Shown: positions 9,353-19,391, counted from the first letter of the stretch. The stretch is DNA of 64,000 nucleotides from Candidatus Hermodarchaeota archaeon (GCA_048885925.1 JBHLLG010000010.1:831-64830); one strand, 5' to 3'. Made by a program: numbers and translations. Notes: generated by a model from the sequence alone, not told the origin.

Positions 9353-10840
9353 ATGAGCTATAAAGCTTGTGATAATAAAGATTTAGAAGCAATGATTGGT
9401 ATTGTCGGTAAAGAATATGCTACAAATAATAAAGCTATCACAGCATCTTACTTAGCGAAATCAGTAATGGGTTTGGAATCGCAGATCCCCGATATTGTTG
9501 TGCGTCCAAAATATGTTGAAGAAATACGCAAAATATTAGTATATTGTTCTCAAGAGAAAATAGCAGTAAGTCCTGTTTCTGCAGGATTATCTGGTGGATT
9601 TGCATGTCCAACAATTAAACCTGCTGGAGTTCTTCTCGATTTAAGTAGGATGAAAAGGATTCTAGAAATCGATGAAGAGAATCGATATGCAGTTGTTGAA
9701 CCAGGAGTAACTATTGGAGAACTTTGGGCATATATGCATAAAAGTCATCCCAACTGGGCACCTCCTATACCGGATGGCGCCCCACCAGCATCAACGGTTA
9801 TGGGTGATGCTATTGATAGAGGTTTTGCTCTTTATACTTCGAGCGTAGGACCTCAAGGTGATAATTTTATGTGTGCGGAAATTGTCTTTCCTAATGGGGA
9901 TATCGTACGAACAGGCTCTTGGGCTCTACCTTTTGCTAAACCTTTTTATAAATATGGGTTAGGGCCTGATATTTGGTCAACTATTATGGGTAGCCAAGGA
10001 GCTTTAGGAGTAGTCACAAAAGTTGCAGTTAAGATATATCCTCACCCACCTTATAAAACAGTCATCGTTTGGGGAATGTCGAATCCTTATGATATGCAAA
10101 ATCTAACTCTTGAATTAGGGAAACTGGAATTTGGAATAGCACATCATACTGTTATGGTTCAGGGGGGAAATTACCCTTTAGTAATGACTCGTTGGCCAAA
10201 AGATAAGGTACCTCATGATTACAAGTTCTATGAAGAGCTTGGAATCTCAAAATGGTGGATGAATTGGGAGATTTGGGCTCAAGAGCAAAGCGAATTGGAT
10301 CATGTGGTTGACGTAATCAATAAAAAAGCTGAAGATTTCAAAAATAATCGAGCTAAAGACGGAGCTGCTATGAAACCTCAGGAACTTCATCCTAAACAAA
10401 TTGCTAGTAGATTAAAGAAACCAAATAAAATAGCTGTACCTTACGCATTTTATGAAGCAGGATTCTTATTTATTACGTTCTATACTCCCTGGAATGAATG
10501 TGCACATTTCGCCGAAATGTATACCGAAACAGCTGAAAGATATGGAATTCCACCAACACTTTGGATTGCAAGCATAGAACGTTGTCGACAAGCAATCTGT
10601 ATGCCAATTGTTTGTTTTGATTCAACTAAGCAATCAGATTTAGAAAAAGTCCAAGATATGAATAGAGAAATTACAGAATATAGTTTAAAACAAGGATGGC
10701 TTAATTATCGTCCTGATCCGTATATACATGCGCCTCTAACATATTCCCAGGCTGGGATGTACTGGAAATATTTGAGAAAAATAAAGAAGATTTTTGATCC
10801 TAATATGATAATGCATCCTGGAAGACTTGCGCTTCCATAA
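9353..10840 (+). CDS. FAD-linked oxidase (VAO/PCMH, GlcD-like family)
   Basis: VVRPKYVEEIRKILVYCSQEKIAVSPVSAGLSGGF FAD-binding pattern and GSQGALGVVTKVAVKIYP. The track start is TTG at 9344; the ATG at 9353 is preferred. An Fe-S CCG subunit gene follows 19 nt downstream. Confidence 0.85.
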   Translation: MSYKACDNKDLEAMIGIVGKEYATNNKAITASYLAKSVMGLESQIPDIVVRPKYVEEIRKILVYCSQEKIAVSPVSAGLSGGFACPTIKPAGVLLDLSRMKRILEIDEENRYAVVEPGVTIGELWAYMHKSHPNWAPPIPDGAPPASTVMGDAIDRGFALYTSSVGPQGDNFMCAEIVFPNGDIVRTGSWALPFAKPFYKYGLGPDIWSTIMGSQGALGVVTKVAVKIYPHPPYKTVIVWGMSNPYDMQNLTLELGKLEFGIAHHTVMVQGGNYPLVMTRWPKDKVPHDYKFYEELGISKWWMNWEIWAQEQSELDHVVDVINKKAEDFKNNRAKDGAAMKPQELHPKQIASRLKKPNKIAVPYAFYEAGFLFITFYTPWNECAHFAEMYTETAERYGIPPTLWIASIERCRQAICMPIVCFDSTKQSDLEKVQDMNREITEYSLKQGWLNYRPDPYIHAPLTYSQAGMYWKYLRKIKKIFDPNMIMHPGRLALP

Positions 10841-10859
10841 ATAAAGGAGGTTAAAAAAA

Positions 10860-12248
10860 ATGTCAAAAACAGGAATGGAAAGGCTTGAAGAATTAAAAAA
10901 AGATATTTTTAAATGTATTCATTGCAAAGCATGCCGATTTGCCTATTCTGGAGAACCTAGCAGGAAAGGAATAGGAGAATTTAAAGGTAAACAACAAACT
11001 GTTCTTTATGAAGGTATGATAGATGCTTGTCCTGCAGGTATAGAATATGGTTGGGAAGCGTTCTGGAATGCAGGTAAGATGTGGATTGCAAGATGCATTC
11101 TAAACGACGATTTAGAATTTTCTGAAGAAGTTAGGGATGTTTTAATGCCTTGTATTACATGTGGACAATGTTCAGCTCAATGTGAAAATAAGGTTCGCAC
11201 GGTAGATATTATAGAAGCTCTACGCGCTGCATGTAAAGAGGCAGGGGTCCCTATGATCGAAAAACATCAATTAGTTGAGCGTCTGACTAAGGAATTAAAC
11301 AATCCATATGGTGGAAAAGCAGAAGAACGATTTAAATGGGCAAAAGAAGCTGGTTTAGAGAAATATATTAATAATAAAGAAGCTAAGGTTGGCTATTTTG
11401 TCGGCTGTACAGCAAGTTATAGGCAAATGGAAATAGCCGCGGCAACTTGTAAGATTTTTGAACAGTTAGGGATCAACTTTAAATTAGTTGAGGATGAAGT
11501 ATGTTGTGGAAGCCCATTCTTTAGAGTAGGTGCTGTTGATACTGCTCAAGAGTTAATGAATAAAAATATTGAAGCTTTTAAAAATTTAGATTTAGTGTTT
11601 TTTAGTTGCGCGGGATGTTATAAGACTTTTACAAATGATTATCCTAAATGGTCAGTAGAAGGTAAAATTCCTTTTAAAACTATGCATGCATTTGAATTAA
11701 TTGCTCGACTAATTACGGCAGAAAAAATCAAATTTAAACCAAATAAGAATTTAAAAGAAAAAATAGTTACTTATCATGATCCATGTCATCTTGGAAGGCA
11801 TATAGCCTTAGAAATAGAACAGAGTATAATAGAAGAATCTAAGAATCTAATGATGGATAGTCGAAAAATTAAACAAGCAATTGATGCGTGGTATGAAGTT
11901 CCTCGAATTATATTAAGACAATTGGAACAAGATGTTGGTATTAAGTTTAAAGAGATGTATCGAATAAAACTAGATAGTTTCTGCTGTGGAGCTGGTGGAG
12001 GCGTAAGGGCAGGTTATCCCGATTTTTCATTGAGAACTTCAAGTTTACGATTAGATGAAGTTAATGCGATTGGTGCTGACATAGTTACAACCGAATGCCC
12101 ATTTTGCTATAGGAACCTTTTTGATGCAAATGAGCAATTTAAACATGGTGTATTAGTATACGGCTTAATTCAAATGATTGATGAATTTAAGCTCTTAGAG
12201 ATTAAAGAAAAACCTACATTGGCAGAAATTTTAAAGATGAAGGACTGA
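10860..12248 (+). CDS. (Fe-S)-binding CCG-domain oxidoreductase subunit (GlcF/HdrD-like)
   Basis: CIHCKACRFAY and CITCGQCSAQCE clusters. Two CCG-type regions: YFVGCTASY...VCCGSPF and YHDPCHLGR...FCCGAGGGV...TECPFC. GGAGG lies 9 nt upstream of the ATG. Confidence 0.85.
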   Translation: MSKTGMERLEELKKDIFKCIHCKACRFAYSGEPSRKGIGEFKGKQQTVLYEGMIDACPAGIEYGWEAFWNAGKMWIARCILNDDLEFSEEVRDVLMPCITCGQCSAQCENKVRTVDIIEALRAACKEAGVPMIEKHQLVERLTKELNNPYGGKAEERFKWAKEAGLEKYINNKEAKVGYFVGCTASYRQMEIAAATCKIFEQLGINFKLVEDEVCCGSPFFRVGAVDTAQELMNKNIEAFKNLDLVFFSCAGCYKTFTNDYPKWSVEGKIPFKTMHAFELIARLITAEKIKFKPNKNLKEKIVTYHDPCHLGRHIALEIEQSIIEESKNLMMDSRKIKQAIDAWYEVPRIILRQLEQDVGIKFKEMYRIKLDSFCCGAGGGVRAGYPDFSLRTSSLRLDEVNAIGADIVTTECPFCYRNLFDANEQFKHGVLVYGLIQMIDEFKLLEIKEKPTLAEILKMKD

Positions 12249-12249
12249 A

Positions 12250-12285
12250 TTTTTTACTCCTCTAATTTTTTTTATTTTATTCTTG
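12250..12285 (+). terminator. oligo-T tract (archaeal-type terminator candidate)
   Basis: Runs of T6 and T8 immediately after the TGA stop at 12246-12248. The general AT-richness makes this weak evidence. Confidence 0.3.
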
Positions 12286-12402
12286 TTTCTTTGAAAGTAT
12301 TAGATTTGTTGATTAAACTTATAGGGATATTGAATCACATTTAAAAGCTAAATACACTTAATTTTTATTTAAATAGTTTTATTATCTTGAGAGTGAAATT
12401 TC

Positions 12403-13911
12403 ATGAATCGTAAAAAACTTATACCTATTATTTCAGCAGGAATTATTATTATAATCGTAATAGCATTAATTGTTATATTTATTCCATTTGGAGGAAAACG
12501 AGCAGTAGGTGCAAGAAAAGCAATAATTCTTTCCAGTGCAAATGATTATTATAGAAAAGAGGGAGAACCTGATTTCAATAATGGAGAAGATGGGAAATTT
12601 GACGGTGAACCCTTTCCATCTAAGTGGATAGAAGATTATAAGAACAATAGTTATGGAGGCATTGATAGCTCTATACCTGGTCATAACACTCCTGGAGTAA
12701 TACAATTAATTGTAACTGCTCCTGCTACGCTTAAATATGTTAATACGGAGTTTGTATATAATTGGACGAAATATTATCCATTAATTAAATATGCAGCATA
12801 TAATCTTTCTGCTTGGGTAAATATAACAACTAATATAAACACACCACCAATTTTTCCTGCAATAATAGTACCTTTTACTGGCGCTGGTGCAAGAATAGGA
12901 TTACGATGGATAAATTCTAGCAATGATATTGTAAGAACAGATTGGTCAGAGGGTATATTTGGACCCTTTATAGGTTGGACTTTTCTAAATGTAACGGGTA
13001 TCGCAGATAATTCTACTTTAAACGATATTACCCAACTGCATTTAGTTTTAGCAGTTGAGGGTAATATGACGGGTACTACCATGGTGCTTTTTGATGACAT
13101 TAAAGTAGAATATTGGTTCCCACCTCCAATACCAAGCCCTCCTCCTAGTAATGTAGATTCAGATGGGTTTCCTGCTCAAGCACTCCAAGTATACTGGGTT
13201 CTAAAAAATCATGGATACACTGATGATAATATCTTTCTAATGTTGTATCATACGAATGATAATATAATAGACATAAATGCTAATGATGGAATACCAAATG
13301 ATTTAGTTGGTGCAGTAGTTGATGTAGAGAATGATGATGTGAATGCAAGTAGATTTAAATATGAATTAGACATTTCAAGTTCAGGTTCATTTGCATCCAA
13401 CATTAAACCCAATGATCAATTAATAATTTTTATGACTGATCATGGCTCAAATAAAGTTCTTGGTGGGGGAAATGCTACATTTCATTTTGAAGCAGATGAT
13501 AGCTATATTTCTGAAATGGAATTTTATAATCTTGTAAAACTGATTAATTGTAAACGAATATTGATAAACATTGACAGTTGTTTTAGTGGAAACTTTTTAA
13601 ATCAAGACTCTAACATTGGGTTAAGTTGGTATAATATACCTAATTCGATTCTAGTCACAGCAAGTTCTGATAATCTAGCATGGAGTTGGCGAAATGTCTA
13701 CAATGGAGATGGTTTTGCTGGATCTTGGTTCTTTCATCATTTTTGGAATCAATTAAATCAAAGTCAAACAATAGGATCTGCTTTCGATTTTGCTAAAAAT
13801 TATATTCCGGTAGGGTATGTGAATTCTGTATTCGAAATTCAAAACCCTTTAATACAAGATAATTTAGGGATAAAAGACACATGGTCTTTCACCAATACTC
13901 CTTCACTATGA
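12403..13911 (+). CDS. membrane-anchored extracellular peptidase, C13 (legumain/GPI8-like) family, with N-terminal jelly-roll/CBM-like domain
   Basis: N-terminal TM (IPIISAGIIIIIVIALIVIFIPF). A CBM4_9-like module ends in MVLFDDIKVEYW. The linker is PPPIPSPPPS. The C13 catalytic dyad contexts are LIIFMTDHGS (His-Gly) and ILINIDSCFSGNF (Cys), and LKNHGYTDDNIFLMLYHTND resembles legumain N-terminal strand 1. Many NxS/T sequons. Confidence 0.7.
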   Translation: MNRKKLIPIISAGIIIIIVIALIVIFIPFGGKRAVGARKAIILSSANDYYRKEGEPDFNNGEDGKFDGEPFPSKWIEDYKNNSYGGIDSSIPGHNTPGVIQLIVTAPATLKYVNTEFVYNWTKYYPLIKYAAYNLSAWVNITTNINTPPIFPAIIVPFTGAGARIGLRWINSSNDIVRTDWSEGIFGPFIGWTFLNVTGIADNSTLNDITQLHLVLAVEGNMTGTTMVLFDDIKVEYWFPPPIPSPPPSNVDSDGFPAQALQVYWVLKNHGYTDDNIFLMLYHTNDNIIDINANDGIPNDLVGAVVDVENDDVNASRFKYELDISSSGSFASNIKPNDQLIIFMTDHGSNKVLGGGNATFHFEADDSYISEMEFYNLVKLINCKRILINIDSCFSGNFLNQDSNIGLSWYNIPNSILVTASSDNLAWSWRNVYNGDGFAGSWFFHHFWNQLNQSQTIGSAFDFAKNYIPVGYVNSVFEIQNPLIQDNLGIKDTWSFTNTPSL

Positions 13912-14112
13912 TTAATTATTAATCTAATCTCTTAATTTTTCAAAGATTTTTTTTAAATTTATTTTATTAATATTAGAGGTCAAATTCAAATCTTCTTGAA
14001 TAATCTGACCGCTTCCATTTTTATTCCCTTAAATTTATATTGCAATTAAAATTTATTCTAAATTAATGCAAAAAACATGTAAAAAAGAATTAAACTAAGG
14101 TTTAATAAAAAT

Positions 14113-14748
14113 ATGAAAAGGGCTCTCATTCACTCAATTCTTTTTTTAATACTATTTTTGCCTACTGTATTCATTCATTCTCTTTGTTTCAGAAATTTTT
14201 CAACAGAAGAAAAAACAATTCTTAATACTCATAAATTAATTCGATTTGCTCAAAGTTCTACTAATGATACGATATCCCCTATTATTACATTTATTGAACC
14301 ATCTATGAATAATACTATAATAAAGAAAAAGTCGTACACATTTATTGTAAATATAACTGACGAAAATCCTCCGTCTTATGGCAATGTAACTATACAAATT
14401 TCAAATTATACTAACATTATGTTTACTAGCAAAATGAATAATACTGAAGGCTATTTATGGAGTTTTACCTGGGATAACATCAGTTTATATCCTAACCAAT
14501 ATTATTCAGTTTATATTATTCAAATTTGGGCTAAAGATTCTTCCTCAAATGAAAATATAGGAACGTTTGAAGACTTTTATATTTATTTAAATATACCTAC
14601 TCAGCCTTCAGGTGTAATAACTGTAATAATTTCTCTTGTCATAGTTTCCTTCCTTATAAGCGGAATATTGGTATGTTTAGATAGAAAATTACTTAAAAAA
14701 CCATCTGATAAAAAAAGAGGGAAAATCAAAGGGATATTTGATGAATGA
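14113..14748 (+). CDS. secreted, C-terminally membrane-anchored surface protein (sequon-rich, Ig/beta-sandwich-like)
   Basis: Signal-peptide-like N-terminus (ALIHSILFLILFLPTVFIHS), at least 8 NxS/T sequons, and a C-terminal TM (VITVIISLVIVSFLISGILVC) followed by a basic tail. Confidence 0.55.
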   Translation: MKRALIHSILFLILFLPTVFIHSLCFRNFSTEEKTILNTHKLIRFAQSSTNDTISPIITFIEPSMNNTIIKKKSYTFIVNITDENPPSYGNVTIQISNYTNIMFTSKMNNTEGYLWSFTWDNISLYPNQYYSVYIIQIWAKDSSSNENIGTFEDFYIYLNIPTQPSGVITVIISLVIVSFLISGILVCLDRKLLKKPSDKKRGKIKGIFDE

Positions 14749-14938
14749 ATTTTTTGTATCATTTTGCTTATTTTGAATAAATTATAACACTTAATTTATC
14801 CAAAAATCCATTAAATATCTTTAAATTTCACTAAAATAAACATCCTTAAATATAAAATTTTTAATTCCAAAAGAATAAAAGTTAAAATTTTCATTAATTA
14901 CAAAATATATTATTGCCATTTTTGGGGTCTATATAATA

Positions 14939-17900
14939 TTGATTAATGTGGATGAGAAATCTGCTTACCCTTACATTACAAAATTTAAGAAGGAACCGTT
15001 TAAAACTTTCATTAGGCTAAAAAGTAAAGAAATTAGAAATTTTTATTATAGCGACCACAATAAATTAATTGAGTTTTATAATTTTTTTAATTATAATTTA
15101 TTAAATGATCCAGGAATTAATTTAGAGAATCTTTTCTGGTTTCTTTTATTCAGGAAATTTATCAAAGAAAATAAAAAAGAGAAAAGGGATGAGTTATTTA
15201 ATTTCATAAAAAAATGTGAAATACTTCAGAATGAACAATTAGGATTTAAAGAATCTCCACATTCAGAGAAAATTCCAGATATTTATTCAACATATTTAGC
15301 ATTATCCTCTTTAAAAGCATTAGATTTATTAAAAGAATATTTAGTTTCCAAGGATCATGACCAGATAAAAGGAGAGATTAAAAATTTCATATTGAGCTTG
15401 AAGAAAGGCAATAAATTTTTACATTGTCAAGATAAAGCATGTGTAATTTGTAAAAATATCTCACCAGCAATAACATTATATTATGTTATGGAAATATTTA
15501 CACTTTTGGGAATTGATGTTCGTGTTAATAGAGATCAATTCAGTTCCTACATTGGGGATAAGAAAAGGGATTTCTCTTTGATTTTTAGATTACTTTGCTT
15601 TAAATTCTTAGATCTCGAGTTTGAAGTAAAGGATAAAGAAATCCAATACCTTCAACAACTTCAAAATGAAGATGGAGGTTTTGCATTTAACGAAAATGAT
15701 GAGATTAATTCAACTTTATGGGTGGGCTATCTTCTTGAACTATATTCTTGGTTTATCGATTATAGGCCCTTAAGAACCTATTCTTTTATAAATAACAAAT
15801 TAAAAGAAATATTAAAAATTCAAGATGAATGGAATTCTAAAAAATTAAATGACGCTTCAAAGTTAGTAATTCTACTATCTTTTGTTTGGAAAAAGTTTAT
15901 TGATGAAATTGAAAGGATTTTATTCAAACAATTAGAAAAAGAAAAATATATTGATTTAAACCGATTAAAAATTACATTTGGATTCATAGAACAAATTGAA
16001 GAAATTACCTCATATATTAATCTTAATTATAACTTTAAATTAAAATTTATAGATAATGAAAAAGAATTTAAGAATTATATAGGCAATTTTAGTAATGGAA
16101 AGCAAAAATTCTTCCAAAATTTCTACGATAAACTAAATAATAATAGTGTAATATCACTCACTGGACTTATTAAACAATATAGAACACTTAATTATGAACC
16201 TTTAAAACTAAAAGAGGAAATTTTTCCTATTATACGAGATATGGTTAAAGTTAACCTATTTAAAGGTAAAATTAGAAAGAAAAAAACTTTTTTGGGTTTT
16301 AAAACAAAATATTTATTCTATTTGGATAATCAATTAAAAAGGATAATTGTGTCTAATATTGATATAAATGCGGAAGACATTTTTCAAGAAAAAGAAAGAC
16401 TAGAAGATATTAGAAATGATATTTATAACATGACCTTAAAGTTAAAAAATGTTAGTCATCAGATAAAAGAGGAAATAAACAGCTACCTTATAATTAATGA
16501 AGTTGATTATGCAAAAGAAAGATTGAAATTTACTTTAAGAAATGCATTAATGGAAGCAGGCTTTTTAAATGAAAATATTGAAAACTCATTTAATCAAATT
16601 CTAAAATATATTAATATTCAAGCTAATTTAGGAACTGAAATATCTCAATGGAATAAGAGATATGCGTTATTACAGAAAAAATTGGGAGAGTTAGATCTAT
16701 ATCTCAAGAATAAGATTGAAGAAAAAGAACAACTAAGAAATTTGAATAATATTTTAGATAATCTCAAAGAAAAATTATTCATTATTAAAGAAGATTTAAT
16801 AAAAAAGATGGATACCTTTAGAACCTCTTTTAATGAAAAACTTGAAACAGGATTCGATAATGCTAAATTTAATAGCCTTATACAAGATTTAGATCAAATC
16901 TCCCAGAAAGTGAGAAAATATGACAAAATCATATATAATGTTTCACAGCAGTTTATATCGAAAGAAAAAAAAATTGTTAAGAATCATAAAAAAGTAATTG
17001 CCAATTGGATAAGCATCAAAGAGAAATTTGATAATGAGTTTAAATTTTATACTGATGGATTCCAGTTTTTTAATATCAATTTAAAAAAAATAATAGATAT
17101 AAATAATCAATTAAATGCTGATCTTGAAGATATTGAAGTAAAGGTTAATATAAAAATCAAATCTAATGAATTTCAAGATGCTTTTAATTTTATTAAAAAA
17201 GAATCAGATGCTTTACTAAATCAGAGGATTAATGAAATCAAGGACCTTAAATCTATTATTAATCAAGAATTAAAAAGTAAACAAAAGCTCAATTTACTTT
17301 TTCATCATTTACAGGACAAGTTGGAAAGTTTAGAAATTAATATAATTGAAGTAATAGCAAATCAAACTAAAAATGTAAAGGATAAAATTTTAGAAGAGAG
17401 AAACCGCTCAAGTATAGAAGATTTTGATAATTTTGTTTCTCAAGAGATTATTAATCTCAAATCTAAACTAAATAGCATCAAAAATAATTTAATAAATTTA
17501 TCCTTCTTAAAAATTGAAGATGTTAATAAAGAATTTGATATTATACAAGCTGATTTTAATAAAAGCAAAAAGGAATATTCAAAAAAGTTAAATGATTGCA
17601 TTAAAGCTATCAAGGATTTTAATGAAAAGTCAAAATTAACAATTATACAATGGGAAAAATTCAATGATTTTTTCAATAATGAGATTCCAGTTTTAAAAAA
17701 TAACTTTATTAATCGAATTATTTTAAATGAAATTTATAAATTAACTACTAAGAAAAAAACAAATATCGTTAAATTAACGGATCTAAAAAATGAAACTAAA
17801 TTATCATGTAAAATCCTCATAAACAAATTAAAAGATATGATTGATATTTCGAAGATTAATGCTGAACTTAATGAGCGGGATAAAACAGTTTTGGTTTATA

Positions 17901-19348
17901 CTGATTCCTATTACTTAAATAAAGAACTACAAAATTATGTAGACAATAACATATTAAAATTAAATAGAGAGAGGATAGGTAAGATTTTAGCTCTATATGA
18001 TTCGAGTATTAGAAATCGAACATTGAATGTAAATATGTTAGAATTAAAGAATAGAATTAAGGATTTAAAAATTTTTGACGATGTTATTCCTCAACAATTC
18101 AGTGAAAAAGTTAAAGAACTTCAAGTAAATCAAGAAAGAGACGACTTTATAGAAATTAAAAAAAATTTTGAATCGATTTTAAAAAATAATAAAATAGCTA
18201 TAAATAAAATAATATTTAATATAGACCTCTTTAATAATGTCCAGAATTTCATCAATCAGCAGTTTAATACCCTGAATGCTGAATTGAATCAATTTTTAAT
18301 TAAAATTTTCAAAACCGTAGAGGATACTAATAATTACATAAAAATCCAAGAGACTTTAGAAAATAAAAAGAAATTTTTTAATGAAAATTTTAAGCAATCT
18401 CAAATTAAGATAGAGGAGAAAATCAATTCATTAGTAAGTAAAACAGTTAATTCAGGAAATTTAGAATCTGAGATAAGAGAATTATATGTGAAAGTAAAAA
18501 ATAATTTTTTAGAGGAATATGACAACAAAATCCAAAAAGTTAATGATCGAATTGTTTCATTGAAGAATGAATCATATAGGGAACAAATTACATCTTTAAT
18601 TAATGAAAATAAATTATATTTAAGCCAATTGCTTGGTAATTTAGAAAGAAAAGTAGAAGATAATATAGAAATTAAAGAATTTAAGAAGAGTAATGTAATA
18701 ATCCAGAAAAGAGCTAAAAGTATTGAAATGGAGATAAAAGAGATTAACAAAAAAATTGAGACTTCAATAAAGGATCTTAACAAAAAATCAATTAATTTTT
18801 CTCAAATATCTACATTTATACTCGAAGATTATTATAAATTTATTTCAGAATATTCAGAAATTCTATCTGAAAAAGTAAAAGCTATGGAACGATTAATTGT
18901 AAAATCCTATATCGAAATGACAATTAAAGCTGTATCAAATGAATATTTGACTATTGGATTTTTAAATAATGAATTAAAAATTAAAAAGAAGAATATTCAA
19001 GATCATTTATTATTTCTTATTAGTTCAGGAGAATTAAAGGGCAAATATGATCCTCGTTTTGGAATATACTATGAAAATCCTGAAATATTAGATGAATTAG
19101 ATGCTACTGAATTAGAAGTAATAAAGAGTACTAATTATAAAGTAAGTATGATGCTTCGTCATTTTAAAAATTTTGCTAGTCAATATGGAAGTATTATAGC
19201 CTTTTTTGCTTCAATTATTACCATTTCATATTATTTATTCCTTTTTAGTGGAAATAATCCAGCGGTAATAGCATTGCCCATCATTGCTATCATCTTAATT
19301 TTGAGCCTTTACTTCTTAAGGAAAGAAAAAGAGGAAAAAATCAAATAA
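14939..19348 (+). CDS. giant (1469 aa) tail-anchored coiled-coil protein with N-terminal prenyltransferase/terpene-cyclase-like alpha-alpha-toroid repeats
   Basis: Single uninterrupted ORF with a TTG start. N-terminal ~330 aa carry repeats of the PFTB type: FIKKCEILQNEQLGFKESPH...DIYSTYLALSSLKAL and IQYLQQLQNEDGGFAFNEND...STLWVGYLLEL. A ~1000-aa K/E/N/I/L-rich heptad-like region follows. The C-terminus has two hydrophobic segments (IIAFFASIITISYYLFLF, AVIALPIIAIILILSLYFL) and then RKEKEEKIK. Confidence 0.75.
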   Translation: MINVDEKSAYPYITKFKKEPFKTFIRLKSKEIRNFYYSDHNKLIEFYNFFNYNLLNDPGINLENLFWFLLFRKFIKENKKEKRDELFNFIKKCEILQNEQLGFKESPHSEKIPDIYSTYLALSSLKALDLLKEYLVSKDHDQIKGEIKNFILSLKKGNKFLHCQDKACVICKNISPAITLYYVMEIFTLLGIDVRVNRDQFSSYIGDKKRDFSLIFRLLCFKFLDLEFEVKDKEIQYLQQLQNEDGGFAFNENDEINSTLWVGYLLELYSWFIDYRPLRTYSFINNKLKEILKIQDEWNSKKLNDASKLVILLSFVWKKFIDEIERILFKQLEKEKYIDLNRLKITFGFIEQIEEITSYINLNYNFKLKFIDNEKEFKNYIGNFSNGKQKFFQNFYDKLNNNSVISLTGLIKQYRTLNYEPLKLKEEIFPIIRDMVKVNLFKGKIRKKKTFLGFKTKYLFYLDNQLKRIIVSNIDINAEDIFQEKERLEDIRNDIYNMTLKLKNVSHQIKEEINSYLIINEVDYAKERLKFTLRNALMEAGFLNENIENSFNQILKYINIQANLGTEISQWNKRYALLQKKLGELDLYLKNKIEEKEQLRNLNNILDNLKEKLFIIKEDLIKKMDTFRTSFNEKLETGFDNAKFNSLIQDLDQISQKVRKYDKIIYNVSQQFISKEKKIVKNHKKVIANWISIKEKFDNEFKFYTDGFQFFNINLKKIIDINNQLNADLEDIEVKVNIKIKSNEFQDAFNFIKKESDALLNQRINEIKDLKSIINQELKSKQKLNLLFHHLQDKLESLEINIIEVIANQTKNVKDKILEERNRSSIEDFDNFVSQEIINLKSKLNSIKNNLINLSFLKIEDVNKEFDIIQADFNKSKKEYSKKLNDCIKAIKDFNEKSKLTIIQWEKFNDFFNNEIPVLKNNFINRIILNEIYKLTTKKKTNIVKLTDLKNETKLSCKILINKLKDMIDISKINAELNERDKTVLVYTDSYYLNKELQNYVDNNILKLNRERIGKILALYDSSIRNRTLNVNMLELKNRIKDLKIFDDVIPQQFSEKVKELQVNQERDDFIEIKKNFESILKNNKIAINKIIFNIDLFNNVQNFINQQFNTLNAELNQFLIKIFKTVEDTNNYIKIQETLENKKKFFNENFKQSQIKIEEKINSLVSKTVNSGNLESEIRELYVKVKNNFLEEYDNKIQKVNDRIVSLKNESYREQITSLINENKLYLSQLLGNLERKVEDNIEIKEFKKSNVIIQKRAKSIEMEIKEINKKIETSIKDLNKKSINFSQISTFILEDYYKFISEYSEILSEKVKAMERLIVKSYIEMTIKAVSNEYLTIGFLNNELKIKKKNIQDHLLFLISSGELKGKYDPRFGIYYENPEILDELDATELEVIKSTNYKVSMMLRHFKNFASQYGSIIAFFASIITISYYLFLFSGNNPAVIALPIIAIILILSLYFLRKEKEEKIK

Positions 19349-19391
19349 TTATTAAATTACGCTTTTTGGTAAATTAGAATAAAGTTATTAT

